Source: Promethearchaeota archaeon
GTDB lineage: Archaea > Asgardarchaeota > Hermodarchaeia > Hermodarchaeales > Hermodarchaeaceae
Direction of reading: 5' to 3'
DNA length: 64,000 nt
Assembly: GCA_048939245.1 (NCBI GenBank)
Contig: JBHLPR010000003.1
Coordinates: forward strand, 1 to 64,000
Shown piece after piece: positions 10,298 to 17,397 of this stretch. Made by a program: the position numbers and the translations under genes. Each line of letters begins with the position of its first letter. Positions within the stretch are counted from its first letter, which is position 1. The notes under the pieces were generated by a model. The model worked only from the letters and a program-made list of their open reading frames with translations, searched no databases and was not told the origin of the DNA.

Positions 10298-11443
10298 GTG
10301 ACTCCCGTGAATATCTCAGAAGAAATAATCACATCATTAAAGAACATCGGTGTAAATTTTTTCGTTACCTATCCCTGTGCTAAAATTCGTCATTTGTATA
10401 ATCTAACCCATTCCAATTTTCCAAGTGTTCCAATAGTGAAGGAAGAAGAGGGCGTCGGTATTTGTGCAGGTGCGGCTCTTGCCGGAGCGAAGCCCGCTAT
10501 GTTAATTCAAAGTACGGGTTTGGGAAATATGGTCAACGCGTTGTGTTCGCTGACGATAACTTATCAATTTCCTTTACTAATTCTTGCAAGCTGGAGAGGC
10601 GTCTATCATGAGAAAATTACCGCGCAAATTCCATTGGGAACCAGGCTTCCCAAAATAATCGAGGCAATGGAGATACCTTATCATATCATCAGGCAAAGGA
10701 ATGATTTACCCAATCTTACTCGAGCTGCTACGGCGGCATATGAGAGAAATGAAATACATATTGTGTTACTTAGTCCACAGTTGTGGGAAAATAAAGTAAC
10801 TGACGACAAACCCCCGCAAATAACGGAATTTTCTGGTATCAAAGTCGGAGAGGAAACGCTGCCAATTAATATGAAACGGGTGTTCACGCGCTTCGAGGTT
10901 CTCCAAAAACTGACTTCCTTTCTTGCGGACAAGTTAGTGATCTGTAATATTGGTTTACCTTCAAGAGAGCTGTACCAGGTAAAGCATCAACCATCGAATT
11001 TCTATATGCTGGGGAGCCTTGGGCTAGCCTCCTCAATTGGGCTTGGAGTCGCCTTATCTTCCTCAAACCAGGTTATCGTCATTGATGGCGATGGAAGCCT
11101 TCTCTCCAATCTTGGAACATTAGCAACCATTGCTCAAGAAAACCCAGCCAACCTAACCATCCTTGCCATCGACAATAGTGTCCATGGCTCTACTGGCAAT
11201 CAAACCACGGCGACAAGCAAAACTGTTGATCTCGCCCTTGCCGCGAAAGGATTGGGTATCGAAAGAACCTATCGTGCTACAACACAGGATGAACTTCTCT
11301 CTATCCTTTCGAAGTTGTCTGGAGGTCCGAATTTTGTACACATTCCTACACGTCCAGGCAATATGTCGGTTCCTACTATTCCTTTAACTCCTTTTGAAAT
11401 CCGAGATGGCTTCATGACGAAAATCATGCCATCGCAACCCTAA
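10298..11443 (+). CDS. comDE: Sulfopyruvate decarboxylase, fused alpha/beta (ComD-ComE)
   Basis: EEEGVGICAGA, QSTGLGN, SWRG, NIGLPSRELY, NFYMLGSLG, DGDGS, DNSVHGSTGNQ (TPP enzyme). Confidence 0.85.
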   Translation: MTPVNISEEIITSLKNIGVNFFVTYPCAKIRHLYNLTHSNFPSVPIVKEEEGVGICAGAALAGAKPAMLIQSTGLGNMVNALCSLTITYQFPLLILASWRGVYHEKITAQIPLGTRLPKIIEAMEIPYHIIRQRNDLPNLTRAATAAYERNEIHIVLLSPQLWENKVTDDKPPQITEFSGIKVGEETLPINMKRVFTRFEVLQKLTSFLADKLVICNIGLPSRELYQVKHQPSNFYMLGSLGLASSIGLGVALSSSNQVIVIDGDGSLLSNLGTLATIAQENPANLTILAIDNSVHGSTGNQTTATSKTVDLALAAKGLGIERTYRATTQDELLSILSKLSGGPNFVHIPTRPGNMSVPTIPLTPFEIRDGFMTKIMPSQP

Positions 11444-11481
11444 GCCATTTATAATGTAGGATGATATGGCAATCCACCTAT

Positions 11482-11500
11482 GGGCTCATTTCTTGAGCCC
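11482..11500. other. Intergenic hairpin GGGCTCA-tttct-TGAGCCC
   Basis: Perfect 7-bp inverted repeat between comDE and GT4 gene. Confidence 0.4.
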
Positions 11501-11537
11501 CCAGATAAGCGAATAGCCACAAAGAGGCTAGTTCTTC

Positions 11538-12656
11538 ATGAAAATTCTTCACCTTTCTGATAGTGGGCTGCCTGATATACGCATTGAACGCGCGGCGTTA
11601 TTTGCCGCAAATAAGGGATGGGAAGTAGTCTTTGCTGGTGGTCGACCAATCACCGGACAAATTTTCGGGGTCTTTAAAAAAGTGCATTATCGTCATTGGG
11701 CTCCATCCGAAAAAACAGGATTTCCTCGATCCTTAAAGAAGTTACAGCAATGGCTTCGGCGCCTTCTTCGTGAAGAAGAGCCAGACCTCATTCATGCTCA
11801 TGATATCTTTGCAGGGAAGGTTGCGTTAGAAGTTGGTCATCCATTTGTATATGATGATCACGAGATTTGGGGTTCTCGAATCAGTTTTCAAGGCTCAATG
11901 GCATTAAAGCGGAATCGCACACTTCTTCGTCGATTTGGATTATGGTATGCCATTCGAAACTGGAAGAAATGGGACTCAGAAATTCTTCATTCAGTACCAA
12001 CCATTGCAGTTAGCAATGATATTGCACAATTATATCGAAAAGTTCAACCACAAACCTTTGTTATCCCTAATGTTCCAACATCTCACGAAATAGCGATGAT
12101 ACCTCCTAATCGCAATCGGGATGACACCTTCCGGGTTGCTTATATTTCCCGGCATAATCTTCCACTTGATAATCGAAGGGATACTGAAGCGCTTCGTCTT
12201 TGGTTAGAGAATCGGTTTGGTGCCACACTTGTTTTTGTCGGACCTAAGGTCATTGGCACTGAGGAAGTTGAAAATCATGGCTTTGTCAGCCACGAGCAGA
12301 TGCTAAATATAATAGCCGATTGCGATCTTGCGCTAATGGGTCAAAAAACTCCTGTTCCCGTATATTCCTATCAAAATCGATTTCCTCTTTTTCTTCATTC
12401 CGGACTAAAAACCATCGTGCCTATTTCAAAGGTAATAGAGGTGAAATTCTGCAATCAACATGCGGTTGGATGGTCATGGACTACCGCTGCTGGCCTCAAT
12501 GAATTGCTCACACAACTTTCTGAAATCTATTGGGCAGATATACCCGCTTGGAATCAAGAGAAATCCCGTGTCCGCGAAGTAGCTCAAAAACATCTAACTT
12601 GGACACAATTTGAGGGTCAGCTGGAACAAGCGTACGAAGCTGCATTAGCCAACTAA
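11538..12656 (+). CDS. Glycosyltransferase, GT4/GT-B-like (paralog of 4676..5797)
   Basis: HLSDSGLPDIRIER, HAHD, PFVYDDHEIW, VIPN. Confidence 0.75.
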   Translation: MKILHLSDSGLPDIRIERAALFAANKGWEVVFAGGRPITGQIFGVFKKVHYRHWAPSEKTGFPRSLKKLQQWLRRLLREEEPDLIHAHDIFAGKVALEVGHPFVYDDHEIWGSRISFQGSMALKRNRTLLRRFGLWYAIRNWKKWDSEILHSVPTIAVSNDIAQLYRKVQPQTFVIPNVPTSHEIAMIPPNRNRDDTFRVAYISRHNLPLDNRRDTEALRLWLENRFGATLVFVGPKVIGTEEVENHGFVSHEQMLNIIADCDLALMGQKTPVPVYSYQNRFPLFLHSGLKTIVPISKVIEVKFCNQHAVGWSWTTAAGLNELLTQLSEIYWADIPAWNQEKSRVREVAQKHLTWTQFEGQLEQAYEAALAN

Positions 12657-13568
12657 TAATTGAGCAATCGCAATCGCTTGTGATGCAGCTTGTTCCGCAT
12701 CTTCTGCAAACAAATAAGTAACGGGTTCGATGCCCACAAGGCCCTTATCAATCACTGCATCAATATCCTTCTCCTTTGATAGGACATCCCGAATCGCTTG
12801 CAATAGCGCTTCATCAGTCTCTCGCCCACCTTGAACAGCTTCGCGATTCACCTGAATATAACGAAGCTTAAGTTTAGTAAGGACACGCTCGACATCGGGA
12901 AGATACTTCAAGACAATAGCGGCTTGCTGTCTAGAACTCGTTTCCTGAATTAATAGTAATATTTTGGACAAATGCGTGGAAGCTCCAAATTCTGGTCCAG
13001 TAAAAGTATGGGCTTTCTGATCCACTATCCCAATACGGCTTGGAAATCCTGCAACATCATCGATATCTTGGGCATTAGGTATGCTCATTACAAGTTGGGA
13101 TTGAACCTGAGGAATAAGCCGAGTAAACTCCGAGGCATCTTCAAGTAGTTGAGCCCCTCGAGTTAAACTATTGAGTACTCCTATTCGGAATTTTGGTGTC
13201 ATTCCTTCTCCGCAAACCTTGCATGTCGCTAGTTCAGGATTTTCAGATCGGTGAAGCTGGCAAAGCAGCCCCCCAATTTTTTGATTCCTGCAAAACTCAC
13301 ATAATAACGCAATACTTTCTTCAAGAGGAATTTGCTCTTTTGAAAGGTGCTCAGCGAGGGTCACAGCCATTCGTTGGATACCTGGTGTATAGTACTTTTC
13401 AAAGCGCTTGAGTTGCTGGAGACTCCTTGAGACACTTGCTTGAGTGACTCCAAGGGCATTGGCAACTTGGTTTTGTGTAAAACCATAATCTTGAACGAGT
13501 TTATGGCTTACTAAGGCTCGGAGTGCCGGAAGCAATTGAACAACCATAATTTCACAAGGTGGCCGCAC
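12645..13568 (-). CDS. HTH-ThiN fusion (ThiR-like regulator / thiamine-phosphate synthase family)
   Basis: MRPPCE..LPALRALV..TQNQVANALGVTQASVS HTH; LIPQVQ, DVAGFPSRI, PEFGASTH, GIEP (ThiN domain). Confidence 0.8.
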   Translation of the reverse strand: MRPPCEIMVVQLLPALRALVSHKLVQDYGFTQNQVANALGVTQASVSRSLQQLKRFEKYYTPGIQRMAVTLAEHLSKEQIPLEESIALLCEFCRNQKIGGLLCQLHRSENPELATCKVCGEGMTPKFRIGVLNSLTRGAQLLEDASEFTRLIPQVQSQLVMSIPNAQDIDDVAGFPSRIGIVDQKAHTFTGPEFGASTHLSKILLLIQETSSRQQAAIVLKYLPDVERVLTKLKLRYIQVNREAVQGGRETDEALLQAIRDVLSKEKDIDAVIDKGLVGIEPVTYLFAEDAEQAASQAIAIAQLLVG

Positions 13569-13738
13569 AGGATAAGGCCTCCACCACAGGCTTTTTCAAA
13601 GGCAGAACAACGCTCTAATCACTATAAGGCTTTTCTTTTCACAATATTATTGTAATTGCTACACTGAAGAATATTAGTAGTAATACTCATGAATGGTTAT
13701 TACTCACGATTATGTTCTATTGATACGTAATATGTGAA

Positions 13739-14455
13739 TTGAATCTGGTGGGTTGTGTGGAAGCGTATCTTGCAGGAAAACCAATTATCAGCACCACAGA
13801 TTGGCCGTCCAAGGTTGCGTGTGTTGTCTTTTTTGTAGGGTGTAATTTGCGTTGCAGATTCTGTTTTAATGCTCCCCTTCTCGAATTTAGCGACCAATTT
13901 AAAGTAAATTTAGAACTTCTTTATCCTGAATTGGAAGCCAATCACTTTCTTATTGATGGTGTAATTGCAACTGGTGGGGAACCAACTCTTCAGCCAGAAG
14001 CACTTAGAACTCTCGCCGAGTGGGTTCATAAGCAGGGGATGGAATTTGGCTTAATGACAAATGGCACGAAACCTGATGTGGTTCAGCAGCTCGTTGAAAT
14101 GAACCTAATTGATTATATTGCTGTGGATATTAAGACGGTGCCAATCCAAGAGCAATACAATCGTGTGACCCAATCTAGCGGACACATACTGAATCAGGTG
14201 CAAGACACGGTCGAGCTTCTTTTGTCTTCGAATATCGACTATGAATTTCGGACTACTCTTGTCCCCACTTTAATTGATAGCTTCGATCAACTAGATCTGA
14301 TACGTGAATGGGTGGGACCGAAACATTATGTTCTTCAATATTTTCGTCCCAGTAAGACGGTCATAGATTCGACTCTCACTTCATCATTTAGTAAGAATCA
14401 ACTGGATCAATTTCAACAATACGCACAAAAACACGGCATAACTACTCGATTTTAA
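13739..14455 (+). CDS. nrdG: Anaerobic ribonucleotide reductase activating enzyme (radical SAM)
   Basis: STTDWP, GCNLRCRFCFN, TGGEPTLQ, TNGT, VDIK, YEFRTT. Confidence 0.9.
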   Translation: MNLVGCVEAYLAGKPIISTTDWPSKVACVVFFVGCNLRCRFCFNAPLLEFSDQFKVNLELLYPELEANHFLIDGVIATGGEPTLQPEALRTLAEWVHKQGMEFGLMTNGTKPDVVQQLVEMNLIDYIAVDIKTVPIQEQYNRVTQSSGHILNQVQDTVELLLSSNIDYEFRTTLVPTLIDSFDQLDLIREWVGPKHYVLQYFRPSKTVIDSTLTSSFSKNQLDQFQQYAQKHGITTRF

Positions 14456-14538
14456 CACCTTTCGAATGCAGTGGTCAAGAAGGCTTTAATTTGAAGCCCT
14501 CATGTATGATGTAGAATTCAGAAAGCTTTGGGTTTTGT

Positions 14539-14946
14539 ATGTCTGAGTGGATCATAAAACTTGTAAACAATTCCATACATCATTTTGTCGACTTACAAAA
14601 AGCCATCGGGCAATATTACGAACTTCAATCTGGTTGGATACATAAACTCCAAGCCTGTATTGAAACTGAGCCTGCATATTCTGCTCATATCAATCTCATT
14701 GACACAATAGCCGGACCAGGTAACGAAAAACTCCTTGCCCCTTTTCTACTGCTTCTTATTACAAAAACACACCTAACCGTAACTTTTCTAGGGGAACTAA
14801 CTGAAAATGAAACGGCCTACATCGTTGGCGTTTGGCCGAAAAAGTTCCTTCAGATTCTAAAAACGGATAAGGATGCCATTCTTAACTTATTGTATATAAT
14901 CACAGACCAACCTCAACTCGTAGACAACATTGATGTATATTTCTAA
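14539..14946 (+). CDS. Hypothetical protein
   Basis: 135-aa ORF with upstream TATA-like TTTAAT; no recognised motif. Confidence 0.65.
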   Translation: MSEWIIKLVNNSIHHFVDLQKAIGQYYELQSGWIHKLQACIETEPAYSAHINLIDTIAGPGNEKLLAPFLLLLITKTHLTVTFLGELTENETAYIVGVWPKKFLQILKTDKDAILNLLYIITDQPQLVDNIDVYF

Positions 14947-15065
14947 GTCCCTTTCAATGTGACTATTTTCGGACCACTTTTCACCAAAACAGAGTCTAAT
15001 CATGAAATTTAAAAGAAATCTATATATTATGAGATTCAATCTACTGCGTCGGAGACTCTCAAACC

Positions 15066-15716
15066 GTGCTTACTGCGCAATTACAACTACCCCGGGATGA
15101 ACAACCTCAAGGAACATTTCGTATTCTTAGTGTCGAACAAAGACACGAACGCAGTGGACGGGTCGTAATGCTCATTGATGCTGAAAGTATGGGCGAAACA
15201 AAAACAGATCTCCGCAAACGCCAATTTACTTATCGAATCCTCGGTGTCACTGATATCCCAATAAAACCCGGCTCTTGGCTTCTGAGTCCTCGTGAAGATG
15301 TCGGAACGATTACCGAAGTTCAAGAAATAACAAAAAGAAAATCTAGAAAGAATTCGCCCAAACGAATTGTACTCAGGGTCCGATTCGATGAAACGGGCCT
15401 TATCCGCTTAAACGAAGAGTGGGTGATCTTTAAAAAACAGCCAATCACTCGACGGGAAATGAATCGTTGGGAAAATCGAATGACCGAAAGTGCATCACAG
15501 TACTTTCGCCAAGTTCTTCCAGGTGTATTAGATTCTATTCTCTTTGAACCCACTGAAGGAGTTAATGGAGAACAGGTGAAAAGAATCAGACATCTTCAAG
15601 ATCAAATTCTATATTGGGCCATCAAATCGGCGAAATCTAAGGAATCTGTTAGGTTGACGAGCACTCATCTTGTTGATGCTACCCGTAAGATTCTCGAACC
15701 TTTCGAAAAGAAGTAG
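15066..15716 (+). CDS. Hypothetical protein: N-terminal beta domain plus C-terminal AAA-lid/histone-fold-like helices
   Basis: C-terminus PTEGVNGEQVKRI...ILYWAIKSAKSKESVRLTSTHLVDATRKIL. Confidence 0.6.
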   Translation: MLTAQLQLPRDEQPQGTFRILSVEQRHERSGRVVMLIDAESMGETKTDLRKRQFTYRILGVTDIPIKPGSWLLSPREDVGTITEVQEITKRKSRKNSPKRIVLRVRFDETGLIRLNEEWVIFKKQPITRREMNRWENRMTESASQYFRQVLPGVLDSILFEPTEGVNGEQVKRIRHLQDQILYWAIKSAKSKESVRLTSTHLVDATRKILEPFEKK

Positions 15717-15790
15717 GGCATAATACGAAAGGTTTAAGAGTCTAATATTCGCGGCATCCCACGCAATGAAATTTCCGGGGGGTAACAATC

Positions 15791-16057
15791 ATTCAGTTCT
15801 GTCCGAAATGTGGTAGTCTCCTGCGCCCGGAGAAAAATAAAGCTGGTAAAACTATCCTTAAATGCTCCTGTGGCTACAAATCATCATCTAAGGAGGCAGA
15901 AGGGTACAAGGTGAAGTTTCCCATTCGTCACACAGAACGGGACTATATTGTCGTTGTAGAGGAGGAAGAGGGAAAGAAGCGTAAGAAACGCGAAATTGAT
16001 GAAGACGAACGACAAGAAATGCTTGAGCTTATGCTGGACCATTTTCCAGATGATTAA
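15791..16057 (+). CDS. TFS/RpoM-like protein with N-terminal zinc ribbon only; non-canonical ATT start
   Basis: Missed by ORF track. (I)QFCPKCGSLLRPEKNKAGKTILKCSCGY...VKFPIRHTERDYIVVVEEEEGKKRKKREIDEDERQEMLELMLDHFPDD*. In-frame TGA at 15767-69 with no ATG/GTG/TTG before the FCPKCG motif; GGGGGGT SD upstream. Confidence 0.8.
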   Translation: MQFCPKCGSLLRPEKNKAGKTILKCSCGYKSSSKEAEGYKVKFPIRHTERDYIVVVEEEEGKKRKKREIDEDERQEMLELMLDHFPDD

Positions 16058-16150
16058 TTGTGCATCTTTTTTTCCTCTTCAATGAATAACGACTGTCCAC
16101 CTTGGTACTAGGAATTTCACTCCTCTTTAACTAAAATAACCCACCTACCC

Positions 16151-16936
16151 TCAGACATAGAACGGAATAGGTCGGTACCCATGATCCTGTGCTACTTGCT
16201 CTTCTCTTCGTGCCTCTTTAGCTAACTCGTTTAACTGAGCTTTAATGGCTGATTTATTTTGGATTAATGATTGGATGCTTACATCAACATCGAGAAATCG
16301 ATTAATAGCTGAAACCATATTCGCTGCAGCTTCTGGATCAGGGGCTTCTGCAGTAGCTGTAGCTAATAAGCAGTATCCATCTAACTGTCGGATAAGGCAT
16401 TCGTTTAAAATTGCTCCTGCAATTCCAACCACGAGTCCTTTTTGAACCCGAGGTACAGAATACTTTTCGAGTTCTACCAGAAGATGGGGTTCAGCGGCAC
16501 CAAAGACTTCTGGAGCTTCAGTCCGTTTCTCTACTCCTATTCCCTCAATGCATACAACTTTTTTCACACCTTGTTCTGTTGCCCAATCCAAAATCTTGCT
16601 GGCAACAAAGAAGATAGTCTCCAGGGGTAAGGGGAACTCAGAAATTACCGTAATGAGTTGCCCATCGTCAGTTGCGTGAATACGGATTGGTAATCGAAGA
16701 ATTCCACCAAAGAAGGGGGTTACTGGTGGGATGAGAGGTGAACGGATTGCTCCAATCAATTTCATGTCCAATCCCTCAATCATCCGACTCGCAGCAATCA
16801 TTCCTACTAAACCAGGACCTGGAAATCCTATTACTAGGATAGGTTCCTTAGCTAGTTTGATTTTCTCGACGGTTGATACAATCTGAATAAACGGTTCTCC
16901 TGAATGTGTTTTTGGGGTTGGTGGTTTTTTAGACAA
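16151..16936 (-). CDS. PAC2 family proteasome assembly chaperone
   Basis: IGFPGPGLVGMIA, PIRIH, GIAGAIL, PDPEAA, C-terminal FYV (HbYX-like). Confidence 0.85.
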   Translation of the reverse strand: MSKKPPTPKTHSGEPFIQIVSTVEKIKLAKEPILVIGFPGPGLVGMIAASRMIEGLDMKLIGAIRSPLIPPVTPFFGGILRLPIRIHATDDGQLITVISEFPLPLETIFFVASKILDWATEQGVKKVVCIEGIGVEKRTEAPEVFGAAEPHLLVELEKYSVPRVQKGLVVGIAGAILNECLIRQLDGYCLLATATAEAPDPEAAANMVSAINRFLDVDVSIQSLIQNKSAIKAQLNELAKEARREEQVAQDHGYRPIPFYV

Positions 16937-17030
16937 AGTTTCTCCTTCCTATAAATCCAAATCAAACGAGGTTCTTCTAACGGGAGATAAGGATTCCTTT
17001 ATTCGACTTGAATGTTTCTTTGTACTGCAC

Positions 17031-17303
17031 TTATCCTCTTTGTTCTTGAAGCCAACGTTGAATGGTGGCATCTTGGTAACCACAATTAGGGCAAGTACTT
17101 TTCATCACTCTAATATTGGTGATGTTTACGCGAGTTAACAGGTTATGGCATTGTGGACATGCAAAGTGTTTCTCTCCGCAAGTTTCGCATTGTCTGACGA
17201 TGCCATCAGCAGTCCACGGTATTGACCGACGCATCCACTCATCGGTTACTCGACGAAAACTGGTGCCACCACATTTATGACAGGTCATTTCATCAGATGC
17301 CAT
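17031..17303 (-). CDS. Small multi-CxxC zinc-ribbon protein
   Basis: CHKC, CETC, CPQC, CPNC in 90 aa. Confidence 0.7.
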   Translation of the reverse strand: MASDEMTCHKCGGTSFRRVTDEWMRRSIPWTADGIVRQCETCGEKHFACPQCHNLLTRVNITNIRVMKSTCPNCGYQDATIQRWLQEQRG

Positions 17304-17397
17304 TGTTCGAAACCACATTATTTCCTTGGCTTCAACTGCGTCATTTGTAAAATTAAAGGGTTTGTCTTGCCTCTCTTTTAAAAAATGGAGTTGAAGA

